From positions 56,935 through 120,934 of the forward strand of contig CAVVFI010000007.1 in NCBI GenBank assembly GCA_963747445.1: 64,000 nucleotides of DNA. Direction: 5' to 3'. The notes beneath the pieces were generated by a model. The model searched no databases, was not told the origin of the DNA, and was given only the letters and a program-made list of their open reading frames with translations. Below, in pieces: positions 37,552 through 47,309 of the stretch. The translations under genes and the position numbers were made by a program. Every line of letters begins with the position of its first letter. Within the stretch, counting starts at the first letter, position 1. This DNA is from an uncultured Gammaproteobacteria bacterium. Lineage in GTDB: Bacteria; Pseudomonadota; Gammaproteobacteria; Xanthomonadales; Xanthomonadaceae.

Positions 37552-40443
37552 ATGCGCCAGCCCAAGCTCAACACTTCGCCTTCGCCCGGGGACGAGGTCA
37601 AGACCACCACCTGCTACATGTGCGCCTGCCGCTGCGGCATCAAAGTGTGGCTACACGACGACGGGTCGCAGGGAAAAAAAATCCGCTACATCCAGGGCAA
37701 CCCCGCGCACCCGGTCAACCGGGGCGTGCTGTGCGCGAAGGGCTCGGCCGGGATCATGCAGCACTACTCGCCGGCGCGCTTGGCCAAGCCGTTGCTGCGC
37801 GTGGGCGAGCGCGGCAAGGGCGAGTTCAGGGAAATCGAGTGGGACGAGGCCCTGCAGATCGCCACCGACTGGCTCAAGCCGATCCGGGACCGCAATCCCG
37901 ACGAACTGGCCTTCTTCACCGGTCGCGACCAGTCGCAGGCGTTGACCGGCTGGTGGGCGCAGCAGTTCGGCACCATCAACTACGCCGCGCACGGTGGCTT
38001 CTGCTCGGTCAACATGGCGGCCGGCGGGCTGTACACGCTGGGCGGCAGCTTCTGGGAGTTCGGCGAGCCGGACTGGGACCACACGCAGTACCTGATGCTG
38101 TGGGGCGTGGCCGAGGACCACGACTCCAACCCGATCAAGCTCGGGCTTGGAAAACTGAAAGAGCGCGGCGCCAAGATCGTCGCGGTCAACCCGGTGCGCA
38201 GTGGTTATGGCGCGATCGCCGACGAGTGGATCGGGATCCGGCCCGGGACCGACGGGCTGTTCGCGTTCGCACTGATCCATGAGCTGTTGCGCGCCGACCG
38301 CATCGACCTGGACTACCTGGTGCGGTATGCGAATGCGCACTGGCTGGTGGTGAAGAACCCGGGCGGGGCCGATGACGGGTTGTTCGCGCGCGATGCCGAT
38401 GGCAATCCATTGTGCTGGGCTGTTGCCCCTCCGTTTTCGCGAAGCGAAGGGGAGGGGGCAACGGCCCGGGCCGACGCCATCGATATTTCTCCCGCCGTCG
38501 TCGGTGAATACGCCCTGCCCGATGGCCGCAAGGCCGTCCCGGTCTTCCAGCTGATCGCCGAGCGCTACCTCGACGCGCAATACGCGCCCGACAACGTCAG
38601 CGAGCGTTGCGGCATCCCCGCAGACACCATCCGACGCATCGCGCGCGAGCTGGCCGAGGCTGCTTTCGACAGCAAATTGTCCCTGCCGATTGCGTGGACC
38701 GACAGCTGGGGCCGCAAGCACGACGAGATGATCGGCCGCCCGGTATCGATGCATGCCATGCGCGGGATCAGCGCGCACAGCAACGGCTTCCACACCTGCC
38801 GCGCGCTGCACCTGCTGCAACTGTTGCTGGGCGCGGTTGATGCGCCCGGATCGTTCCGCTACCAGCCGCCGTATCCGAAACCGATCCCGCTGCCCAACCG
38901 CCCCGGCAAGACCCGCAAGGACAACGGCGCGCTCGACGCCGCCCCGCTGGGTTACGTGCACGGACCCGAGGACCTGCTGGTCGATGCCGACGGCAACCCG
39001 CGCCGCATCGACCACGCGTTCTCCTGGGCCTATCCGCTGTCCGCGCACGGGATGATGCATACCGTCATCCGCAATGCCTGGGCCGGAAACCCATACAAGA
39101 TCGACACGTTGATGATGTTCATGGCCAACATGGGCTGGAACTCGTCGATGAACACCGCGCAGACCATGCACTGGCTGACCGACAAGGACGACGACGGCGA
39201 ATACCGCATCCCGCACATCATCTATTCCGACGCGTACGCCAGCGAAACCGTCGCCTACGCCGACCTGGTGTTGCCGGACACGACCTACCTGGAACGCTTC
39301 GACGCGATCAGCATGCTCGACCGCCCGATCGGCGATGCCGACGGCGCCGCCGATGCGATCCGCCACCCGGTCCTGGACCCGGAAACGCAGGACGTCGAAG
39401 GCAAGCCGCGTGACGTGCGCGGCTTCCAGTCCGTGTTGCTGGACCTCGGCGCGCGCCTGGGCCTGCCCGGCATGGTCGATGCCGATGGCGCGCCGGTCTA
39501 CAAGGACTACGCCGACTACATCGTCAACCACGAGCGCGCGCCCGGGGTCGGCCTGCTCGCCGGCTGGCGCGGCGCTGACGGCACGCAATCGGGCAAGGGC
39601 GCTCCCAACCCGGCGCAGCTGGATGCCTACATCGCCAACAACGACTACTGGCGCGAGGAGATTCCCCAATCCGCGCGCTATTACAAGATGGCCAACCGGG
39701 ATTACCTGCGGTGGGCGCAACGGCTGGGGATGGCCGGCAGCACCGATCCGATCGTTTTGCAGCTGTATGCCGAACCGCTGCAGAAGTTCCGTCTGGCGGC
39801 GCAGGGCCATGGCGACATCCAGCCACCAGAGCGCGATCGCGAACGCGTCGCCACCTACTTTGATCCGTTGCCGCTGTGGTACGAACCGTTCGAGCACGAC
39901 CAGACCAGCCGCGAGCAGTACCCGCTCAACGCCATCACCCAGCGACCGATGTTCATGTACCACGCCTGGGGCTCGCAGAACGCCTGGTTGCGGCAGATCA
40001 CCGCGCGCAACTACCTGTACCTGCATCCGGACACGGGCATGGCCCACGGCATCGGCGACGAGGACTGGATCGACGTGACCTCGCACAACGGCAGCATCCG
40101 GGTGCAGGCCAAATTCGCGCGCAACGTGCAACCCGGCACCGTCTGGAGCTGGAACGCGATCGGCAAGCGCAAGCGCGCCTGGCGTCTGGCCCCGGATGCC
40201 CCGGAAGCGGAAAAAGGCTTCCTGCTCAACCACCTGATTTCCGACATCACTCCGCGCGGCGACTACGCCAACGCCGACCCCGTCACGGGGCAGGCGGCGT
40301 GGTTCGACCTGCGGGTGGCGATCGGCAAGGCCCAGGGCGATGGCGTCGCGACCAGCCAGCCCCAGTTCGAGCCGCTGGCCTTCAGCGAGGCCGACGAACG
40401 TCCGCTACGCTATGGTGCGCGCATGCGGGCCGGACGCGACTGA
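37552..40443 (+). CDS. soeA: Molybdopterin oxidoreductase, SoeA-like sulfite dehydrogenase catalytic subunit
   Basis: TTTCYMCACRCG...NRGVLC Fe-S motif, no Tat signal, MHAMRGISAHSNGF and MYHAWGSQN motifs; soeB/C-like genes downstream. Confidence 0.85.
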   Translation: MRQPKLNTSPSPGDEVKTTTCYMCACRCGIKVWLHDDGSQGKKIRYIQGNPAHPVNRGVLCAKGSAGIMQHYSPARLAKPLLRVGERGKGEFREIEWDEALQIATDWLKPIRDRNPDELAFFTGRDQSQALTGWWAQQFGTINYAAHGGFCSVNMAAGGLYTLGGSFWEFGEPDWDHTQYLMLWGVAEDHDSNPIKLGLGKLKERGAKIVAVNPVRSGYGAIADEWIGIRPGTDGLFAFALIHELLRADRIDLDYLVRYANAHWLVVKNPGGADDGLFARDADGNPLCWAVAPPFSRSEGEGATARADAIDISPAVVGEYALPDGRKAVPVFQLIAERYLDAQYAPDNVSERCGIPADTIRRIARELAEAAFDSKLSLPIAWTDSWGRKHDEMIGRPVSMHAMRGISAHSNGFHTCRALHLLQLLLGAVDAPGSFRYQPPYPKPIPLPNRPGKTRKDNGALDAAPLGYVHGPEDLLVDADGNPRRIDHAFSWAYPLSAHGMMHTVIRNAWAGNPYKIDTLMMFMANMGWNSSMNTAQTMHWLTDKDDDGEYRIPHIIYSDAYASETVAYADLVLPDTTYLERFDAISMLDRPIGDADGAADAIRHPVLDPETQDVEGKPRDVRGFQSVLLDLGARLGLPGMVDADGAPVYKDYADYIVNHERAPGVGLLAGWRGADGTQSGKGAPNPAQLDAYIANNDYWREEIPQSARYYKMANRDYLRWAQRLGMAGSTDPIVLQLYAEPLQKFRLAAQGHGDIQPPERDRERVATYFDPLPLWYEPFEHDQTSREQYPLNAITQRPMFMYHAWGSQNAWLRQITARNYLYLHPDTGMAHGIGDEDWIDVTSHNGSIRVQAKFARNVQPGTVWSWNAIGKRKRAWRLAPDAPEAEKGFLLNHLISDITPRGDYANADPVTGQAAWFDLRVAIGKAQGDGVATSQPQFEPLAFSEADERPLRYGARMRAGRD

Positions 40444-40576
40444 CGGCAGGCCTGGTCCCGGGAAGGCCACAGTCGCAGCGGGCCGCCGCCGGTCAAGCCA
40501 CGCGCGCACCGCACCGCATCGCACCGCAAGATTCCAGCGTCCTCCAACACCGCAGCACACAGGGAAACCCCACTAC

Positions 40577-42343
40577 ATGGCATGGCAAGCATGGGCGACC
40601 ATCGCCATCATCGTCGGCGCGATGGTCGTATTCGCCAGCGAAAAGGTAAGGATCGACCTGGTGGCACTGGTGGTGCTGGGCCTGTTGCTCATCCTTGGCA
40701 TCGTCGACGTCCACGAGGCACTGAGCGGTTTCAGCAACGAGGCCACGATCACGGTGGCGGCGATGTTCGCGTTGAGCATGGGCATCGAACGCTCCGGGGC
40801 GCTGGAGCCACTGGGCGACTGGCTGGCGACGATCAAGAATCCCTGGCTGCTGACGCTGGCGCTGATGGTGACGATCGCGCCGATGGGGGCGTTCGTGAAG
40901 AACATCGCCCTGGTCGCGACCTTCCTGCCGCTGGCATTGCGCGTGTGCGCGCGTTCGGGCACGTCGCCGGCGCGGGTGCTGATGCCGATGGCCTACGCCG
41001 CGCAGATGGGCGGGGTATGCACGCTGATCGGCACCTCGTCCAACCTGCTCACCGATACCCTGGGACAGAAGTACGGATTGGCGCCGATCGGCGTGTTCGA
41101 GTTCACCAGGCTCGGCGCGGTCCTGGCCGTCGCCGGCATCGTCTACCTGATGGTGGTCGGGCGCTGGTTGCTGCCCAAGCAGGTCGATGCCGAGATGCCG
41201 GTCGAGCAGGACATCGGAAAATACGTCGCGGAACTGCGCATTACCGATGATTCAACCATCCTGGACAAAACCATCGCCGACGTCCGCATGGGCGACAAAT
41301 ATGGTGTGTACCCACTGGAACTGCTGCGCGGCGACGAGCAGCAATGGTCGCCCAGGTCGCAGCAACTCTCGCGCGGCGACGTCCTGCTGGTGCGCGGCGA
41401 CTGGGAAAAGATCGAGGCGTTCCGCAAGAGCGCCAAGCTCGAGTTCGCTCCCGAGCACCACTACGAGCAGGACGGCGACGACCCACGCGTGCTCATGGAG
41501 ATGATGGTCGCCCCGGCCAGCCAGGTGGAAGGTCGCACGGTCTCCGAGCTCGGCCTGAAATGGCGCTACGACGCCAACGTGCTGGCGATCCACCGGCGCG
41601 GCCACATCCTGCGCGAATCCATCAAGTCGGTCGAGCTGGCACTTGGCGATGTATTGCTGACCCTGGTCGACGAGGATGTGGTCAAGGACCTGCGTGGCGA
41701 CGACCGGTTCATCGTACTCAGCGAGCGCGAGGAAAAGCGCAAGACGCCGCTCAAGGCGATCCTGGCCATTGCGATCATGGCCGGCGTCGTGGTCGTGTCC
41801 GGGATGCATTGGCTGCCAATCCCGGCGGCCGCGATCGTGGGCGCCATCGCCATGGCCTTTGCCGGCTGCTACGGCCGCAAGGACGTGTACGAGGCGATGG
41901 ACTGGAAGATCATCATCCTGCTGGGCGCGATCCTGCCGCTGGGGATCGCGATCGAAAAGACCGGGCTGTCCGACACCGTCGTGGCGGCCAGCATGGGGCT
42001 GGTGGGTGGCCACGGACCCATCGTCGCTTTGCTGGTGATCTACCTGCTGACCGCATTGCTGACGGAGTTGATGGGACACAATCCGTCGGTGGTGCTGATG
42101 GTGGGGATCGCGGTGTCGGTGGCGCATTCCGTCGGCGCCGACCCGCGACCGTTCGTGGTGGCGGTGGCATTTGCCGCGGCGACGTCGTTTGCAACGCCGG
42201 TCGGCTATCCCACCAACACGATGGTCTATTACGCCGGTGGTTATCGCTTCACCGACTTCATGAAAGTCGGCATCCCGCTGATCGCGCTGTTCTGTGCGTT
42301 GTCGATGTACCTGATCCCGCAGTTCTGGCCGTTCCATCCCTGA
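40577..42343 (+). CDS. SLC13-family permease with TrkA-C domains
   Basis: TLIGTSSNL and FATPVGYPTN motifs; about 588 aa with a central soluble duplicated region. Confidence 0.9.
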   Translation: MAWQAWATIAIIVGAMVVFASEKVRIDLVALVVLGLLLILGIVDVHEALSGFSNEATITVAAMFALSMGIERSGALEPLGDWLATIKNPWLLTLALMVTIAPMGAFVKNIALVATFLPLALRVCARSGTSPARVLMPMAYAAQMGGVCTLIGTSSNLLTDTLGQKYGLAPIGVFEFTRLGAVLAVAGIVYLMVVGRWLLPKQVDAEMPVEQDIGKYVAELRITDDSTILDKTIADVRMGDKYGVYPLELLRGDEQQWSPRSQQLSRGDVLLVRGDWEKIEAFRKSAKLEFAPEHHYEQDGDDPRVLMEMMVAPASQVEGRTVSELGLKWRYDANVLAIHRRGHILRESIKSVELALGDVLLTLVDEDVVKDLRGDDRFIVLSEREEKRKTPLKAILAIAIMAGVVVVSGMHWLPIPAAAIVGAIAMAFAGCYGRKDVYEAMDWKIIILLGAILPLGIAIEKTGLSDTVVAASMGLVGGHGPIVALLVIYLLTALLTELMGHNPSVVLMVGIAVSVAHSVGADPRPFVVAVAFAAATSFATPVGYPTNTMVYYAGGYRFTDFMKVGIPLIALFCALSMYLIPQFWPFHP

Positions 42344-42369
42344 GGATCGACAAGCTACTCCCAACCCAC

Positions 42370-42458
42370 CTGTCATCCTGAGCGTAGCGAAGGATCTGTT
42401 GTCGTGCATTCAAGCGGCACAAATACAAGCAGATCCTTCGCTACGCTCAGGATGACAG
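42370..42458. repeat. REP doublet, GTCATCCTGAGCGTAGCGAAGGATCT family
   Basis: Inverted arms around a variable spacer; relatives at 54451 and 62551. Confidence 0.9.
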
Positions 42459-42522
42459 TTTTGCGAATGCCAGCGAAGGCAACACAGGCTGCACCACGCA
42501 CTGGCGTATCATCGACCCCGCC

Positions 42523-43425
42523 ATGACCGCCCTGCCGCCACCGTCGAAGAAGAAACTCGGCCTGGTCATCGACCTGGACACCTGTGTCGGCTGCCATGCC
42601 TGCGCGGTCAGCTGCAAGGAATGGAATGCCGGCGGCATCGCCGGCCCGCTCACCGACGAGCATCCTTATGGCAAGGATCCCAGCGGCGTCTGGTTCAACC
42701 GCGTGCACAGCTACGAGGTCGCGCCGGAAGCCGCGCATTCGCCACCAACCGATGCCCGCCAGGCGCGTCACTCCCACGCAGGCGCGGATCCAGCGATCTT
42801 GCCGTTGGCGGAAAACGAGCCCTCCCTGGATCCGCGCTTCCGCGGGACTGCCGTCGCCGCGACGGATGGGGCCGTCCCCGCACCGGTACCGCCGCAGCCG
42901 GCAATGACCCTGCACTTCCCCCGCAGCTGCCTGCACTGCGACACCCCCGCCTGCGTCACCGTCTGCCCCACCGGGGCCAGCTACAAGCGCGCCGAGGACG
43001 GCATCGTGCTGGTCGACGAGGACAAGTGCATCGGCTGCAAGCTGTGCAGCTGGGCTTGTCCCTATGGCGCCCGCGAGTACAGCGAAGTCGAAGGCGTGAT
43101 GAAGAAATGCACCCTGTGCGTGGATCGCATCTACAACGAACACTTGCCGGAAGAAGAACGCCAGCCCGCCTGCGTGCAGGCCTGCCCGACCCGCGCGCGC
43201 CACTTCGGCGACCTGGGCGACCCGGAATCGGACGTGTCGAAGCTGGTGGCCGAGCGTGGTGGCGTCGCGCTGCTGCCGGAGCTGGGTTATGCGCCCGTCA
43301 ACCGGTACCTGCCGCCGCGGCCGCGCCGGGGCAACGATGCCTCCTGCGACATCGCCGCCGTGCAGACCCAGGTGGAGAGCCGTACCGTCGTATCGCGCTG
43401 GCTCGACCGCCTCGTCAAACGCTAG
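42523..43425 (+). CDS. soeB: 4Fe-4S dicluster protein, SoeB/DmsB-like, with an internal insertion
   Basis: CVGCHAC, CLHC...CVTVCP, CIGCKLCSWACP and KKCTLC...CVQACP motifs. Confidence 0.87.
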   Translation: MTALPPPSKKKLGLVIDLDTCVGCHACAVSCKEWNAGGIAGPLTDEHPYGKDPSGVWFNRVHSYEVAPEAAHSPPTDARQARHSHAGADPAILPLAENEPSLDPRFRGTAVAATDGAVPAPVPPQPAMTLHFPRSCLHCDTPACVTVCPTGASYKRAEDGIVLVDEDKCIGCKLCSWACPYGAREYSEVEGVMKKCTLCVDRIYNEHLPEEERQPACVQACPTRARHFGDLGDPESDVSKLVAERGGVALLPELGYAPVNRYLPPRPRRGNDASCDIAAVQTQVESRTVVSRWLDRLVKR

Positions 43426-43436
43426 GACCCACCACC

Positions 43437-44051
43437 ATGCGATATGCAGGGCGCATCACCGAATGGAACGACGACAGGGGGTTTGGCTTCGTCGTGCCCA
43501 ATGGTGGAGGTGACCGCGCCTTCGTCCACGTCACGGCCTTCGCGCGTCAGCCGAGCCGTCCAGCCACCGGACTGCCCGTTTCCTACGAGCTGGTCCGGGA
43601 TGGAAAAGGGCGGCTCAATGCCTGCGCTGTCCGCCCGGCCACCGCGTCGTCGAACCGGCGCAATCGCTCCGGCGATGGCACTCCAAGGACGGTCATCGCC
43701 GCCTTGTTCCTTGGCGTGTTGGCGACCGGATGGCTGTTCAACAAGGTCCCCGCCATCCTGGTGCTTGCCTATGCCTTGATGAGCGCCCTGGCCCTGCTCA
43801 TCTACGGGATCGACAAGTCCGCCGCACGGAACAATCGTTGGCGCACGCAGGAAAGTACATTGCACCTGGTCGCGCTGTTCGGCGGTTGGCCAGGCGCTTT
43901 GCTTGCGCAGTCCGCCTTTCGCCACAAGTCGAGCAAAGCGGAATTCCAAAGCACCTTCTGGATCACGGTTGTCCTCAATTGCGCCGGATTGGCATGGTTG
44001 CTCGCATCCGGCGCTGCCACCACCGCCAACCAGGCCATCCTTGGTCCATAG
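43437..44051 (+). CDS. Cold-shock domain plus DUF1294 membrane protein
   Basis: WNDDRGFGFV/AFVH RNP motifs; YGIDKSAA...WRTQESTLH...GGWPGA...FRHKSSK DUF1294 pattern. Confidence 0.9.
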   Translation: MRYAGRITEWNDDRGFGFVVPNGGGDRAFVHVTAFARQPSRPATGLPVSYELVRDGKGRLNACAVRPATASSNRRNRSGDGTPRTVIAALFLGVLATGWLFNKVPAILVLAYALMSALALLIYGIDKSAARNNRWRTQESTLHLVALFGGWPGALLAQSAFRHKSSKAEFQSTFWITVVLNCAGLAWLLASGAATTANQAILGP

Positions 44052-44137
44052 ACGCTTCGCCCGAAAGCGCTTGGCCCCGATTCGACCAAGTACAGGGCAA
44101 ACAACCTCGACACGCTGACCTGGCATCACACGCGCCC

Positions 44138-45130
44138 ATGCATCCCGCCCTCTCCGTCATCTTCTTCACCACCCTTTCCGGCGCCGGCTACGGCCTGCTG
44201 GCCTGGCTCGGCGTGTTGTTGGCCACCACCGGCAACAACCTGCCGGCCTCGCTGCCTGCCAGTGCACCGACGCCACGCTGGATGATCCTGGTGCTGGTGT
44301 TGTTGCTGCTGGGGGGCGTGCTGACCAGCGTCGGGCTGCTGCTGTCGATGCTGCACCTGGGCAAGCCGCAGCGGGCGTGGCGGGCGTTGTCGCAGTGGCG
44401 CACGTCGTGGCTCTCGCGCGAGGGGGTCATGGCACTGGTGTGTTTCGTCCCGCTGGTGCTGATGCTGTGGCTGGTCTCGACGGGATTCGTCGATGGCAGC
44501 TACGACCCGCGCCGGTTCGCGAGCGCGGCACCCGTGCTCGGCATCGCGCTGGCCGTGCTGTCGCTGTCCACCGTGGCCTGCACGGGCATGATCTATGCGT
44601 CGTTGAAGCCGATCCCGGCATGGCGGCACGGGCTGGTCGTGCCGGCCTACCTGCTGTTCGCGTTGCTGTCCGGCGGGCTGCTGCTGGTCGCGGTCGTTTC
44701 GTTCTGGGGGTACGGCGGCAACAAGCCGATCGCAACGATGGCGGTGGTCGCTGCCGTCGTGGTGGTCGCGACCAAGCTCAAGTACTGGCGCGACATCGAT
44801 GCGGCCGGATTGCCGGCGACGCGTGGAGAAGCGGTCGGCCTGCCGGGGCGCGAGGTCGACGTGTTCGAACGCCCGCATACCGAGGCCAACTACCTGACCC
44901 GCGAAATGGCGTTCGTGGTGGCCCGCAAGCATGCCACGCGCTTGCGCTGGCTGGCAGTGGCCCTGTTTGGCCTGGTACCGGTGGCGTGCATGGCGACGGC
45001 CTGGTGGCCGGGGCATGGCGGCACGAGCGCGTGGTGGGTGGTCGCGGCGGTGTCGGTGCTCGGCGGCGCCTTCGTCGAGCGTTGGCTGTTCTTCGCGCAG
45101 GCCAGGCACATGGTGACGTTGTACTACTGA
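44138..45130 (+). CDS. soeC: DmsC/YnfH-family membrane anchor, SoeC-like
   Basis: MHPALSVIFFT, HLGKPQRAWRALSQWRTSWLSREG and ERWLFFAQARH motifs. Confidence 0.87.
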   Translation: MHPALSVIFFTTLSGAGYGLLAWLGVLLATTGNNLPASLPASAPTPRWMILVLVLLLLGGVLTSVGLLLSMLHLGKPQRAWRALSQWRTSWLSREGVMALVCFVPLVLMLWLVSTGFVDGSYDPRRFASAAPVLGIALAVLSLSTVACTGMIYASLKPIPAWRHGLVVPAYLLFALLSGGLLLVAVVSFWGYGGNKPIATMAVVAAVVVVATKLKYWRDIDAAGLPATRGEAVGLPGREVDVFERPHTEANYLTREMAFVVARKHATRLRWLAVALFGLVPVACMATAWWPGHGGTSAWWVVAAVSVLGGAFVERWLFFAQARHMVTLYY

Positions 45131-45322
45131 GGTTGGTGGACACGATGCGCGGGGTGCGCGTTGCCTGCCCGGGCTGCGATGTCCGGATCCGGCGGAAGGT
45201 CCACGCACAGGGCGGACACGCACCTGCGTTGCAATGGCGCATGTGCAGACGGGACGCGCCACGACTTGGAGCGGCACGGTCCTGACGACATAATGGCCGC
45301 AATCCCTTGACCTGGATGACCG

Positions 45323-45976
45323 ATGCTCGCGGCCTGGTGGTTTGCCGTGCTTGGCCCGCCCGTGTTCGCCCTGCCATTGCCGCAGGCTGCGGACCGGCCG
45401 TCGGTGCTCGCGGTCGCCGGCGCTGACGACCGGCTCAGGCGGCCTTGCCGGAGCCTGCGCTGCCTGCGCGATGGTTGGGACCTGCCGCCTGCACTGGCCG
45501 TGACCGCCACCGCCGCGCCATCCCCGTTTTCCAGGCCGCAGGCACTGCCTGGCCCGCTGTCCCACGGCCTGCATGCCCCTGCCTCGGGTCGCGACTGGAT
45601 CGCCAGCGAAGGCCACGACTGGCGCGTGGGCACGCGTTATGGATTCGAACCGATCCGGCAGCCGCAGACGCAGCTCAAGGTCGAGGTTGGTGGCGGTTAC
45701 CGCCTGCAGCCTTTCGTGGACGATGGCACGGCCGCATCGGGTCCGGTGGCGCGTGGCCATGTCGAATTGGTCCAGCAGCTGGGCCAGCGGGCATCGCTGC
45801 GCCAGCAGTTGCGCGTCGAAAGCGGTCGCAACGATACCTACGTCCGTAATTCCGTGGCGCTGGATATCCAGTTGCAGCCACGCTGGCTGCTGCGCTCGCG
45901 ACTCGAAGCCAGGCACGACAGCGCGACCAGCGATACCGCGGCCACCGGTTCACTGGAGCTGCATTACACGTTCTGA
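45323..45976 (+). CDS. DUF481-like outer-membrane beta-barrel protein
   Basis: Alternating beta strands ending LELHYTF; VEVGGGYR pattern. Confidence 0.65.
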   Translation: MLAAWWFAVLGPPVFALPLPQAADRPSVLAVAGADDRLRRPCRSLRCLRDGWDLPPALAVTATAAPSPFSRPQALPGPLSHGLHAPASGRDWIASEGHDWRVGTRYGFEPIRQPQTQLKVEVGGGYRLQPFVDDGTAASGPVARGHVELVQQLGQRASLRQQLRVESGRNDTYVRNSVALDIQLQPRWLLRSRLEARHDSATSDTAATGSLELHYTF

Positions 45977-46106
45977 ACCGCGCGCCTGCGCTCGGGTGCC
46001 TTGGCGCCCACGCCGCGATCGAGATGCGATGTTCCGGGCGCTTCCAGGTGCGCCGCGCGATCCGGCGCGACCCATGCCCGGACACGCCTTGAAGCTTGCT
46101 GCAGGC

Positions 46107-47024
46107 CTAGAGCACGGCAGAGATCAACGCGCCAGCCCCTTGCGCCAGCAGCCGTTGGGCCACCGCCACGCCGATCCCTTCGGCGCGTCCACGCTGGCCT
46201 TGCTCCCGCGCCTCGACCAGGTGGCCATCGCCAGCCGAGCCGACCAATCCACGCAACAGGAGCAGCTCGCCGTCGATCGTGGCCAATGCCGCGACGGGCA
46301 CGTGACAGCTGCCATGCAACGCCCGGTTCATGGCGCGCTCGGCATTGGTGCAAGTGCGGGTGTCGGGGTCTTCAAGGGCAGCGCAAATGGCTTGCACGGC
46401 TGCATCGTCGTCACGACATTCAATGGCAATCGCGCCCTGGGCGGGCGCAGGCAGCCATTGCGGCGCATCCAGGCGCTCGCGGATGCGTCCGCCCATGCCC
46501 AGCCGTTGCAGGCCGGCGCAGGCCAGCACGATGGCGTCGTAATCGCCCGCATCAAGTTTGGCCAGGCGGGTATTGACGTTGCCGCGCAGGTCCAGCAGTT
46601 GCAGGTCGGGCCGGCGCGCACGCAGCTGCGCCTGGCGACGCAGCGACGACGTCCCGACGCGCGCGCCTTGCGGCAAGGCCTCCAGGGCGGCGAAATCGTT
46701 GCTGACGAAGCCGTCGGCATGGTCGGCACGCGCCAGCACAGCGGGCAGCACGAAGCCCGGCTCCAGTGCCATCGGCACGTCCTTGAGCGAGTGCACGGCA
46801 CAGTGGGCCCGGCCATCCTGCATGGCCACTTCCAGCTCCTTGAGGAACAGGCCCTTGCCACCGATCGCCGCCAGCGAGCGATCCAGCACTTCGTCGCCAC
46901 GCGTGCTCATCGGTACCAGCTCGACCTGCAGCCCGGGATGCGCTTCACGCAATCGTCGGGCGACGTGCTCGGTCTGCCACAAGGCGAGCGGGCTCTTGCG
47001 CGTGGCGATGCGTAGGACGTCCAT
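46107..47024 (-). CDS. hemC: Hydroxymethylbilane synthase
   Basis: [26 protein letters not shown] and LRGNVNTR motifs. Confidence 0.99.
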   Translation of the reverse strand: MDVLRIATRKSPLALWQTEHVARRLREAHPGLQVELVPMSTRGDEVLDRSLAAIGGKGLFLKELEVAMQDGRAHCAVHSLKDVPMALEPGFVLPAVLARADHADGFVSNDFAALEALPQGARVGTSSLRRQAQLRARRPDLQLLDLRGNVNTRLAKLDAGDYDAIVLACAGLQRLGMGGRIRERLDAPQWLPAPAQGAIAIECRDDDAAVQAICAALEDPDTRTCTNAERAMNRALHGSCHVPVAALATIDGELLLLRGLVGSAGDGHLVEAREQGQRGRAEGIGVAVAQRLLAQGAGALISAVL

Positions 47025-47309
47025 GCGCGCATTATCCCCGGACTTGCAAGCCTTCGCATGTCCGCGGGGAAACAGAGGCCGTGGCGCACATCGCCAACGC
47101 TTCCATCGCGGTGGGCCGGGGACGGGAGCGCTTGCGGGCAAGGGTCCGCGTGACGCTGCATGTCCTGGCACCGCGCGCGCAGGCGGGTGACGCAGCGAGG
47201 CGACCCGGTGGGCGACGCGATCGGCCATCCCGGAGCATCGCGAAAGCACGCCACCGCCCTGCCTTGCCGGTGCAAGGCCGTCCGCCTGCCCCCGTCGCGT
47301 GGCGATGCG

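Noticed and set aside
36901-40443. 1180-aa ORF as a single membrane-anchored molybdoenzyme
   Set aside because: The stretch from about 37200 to 37551 is R/A/G/P-rich off-frame sequence while the adjacent frame is protein-like; SoeA most plausibly starts at 37552.
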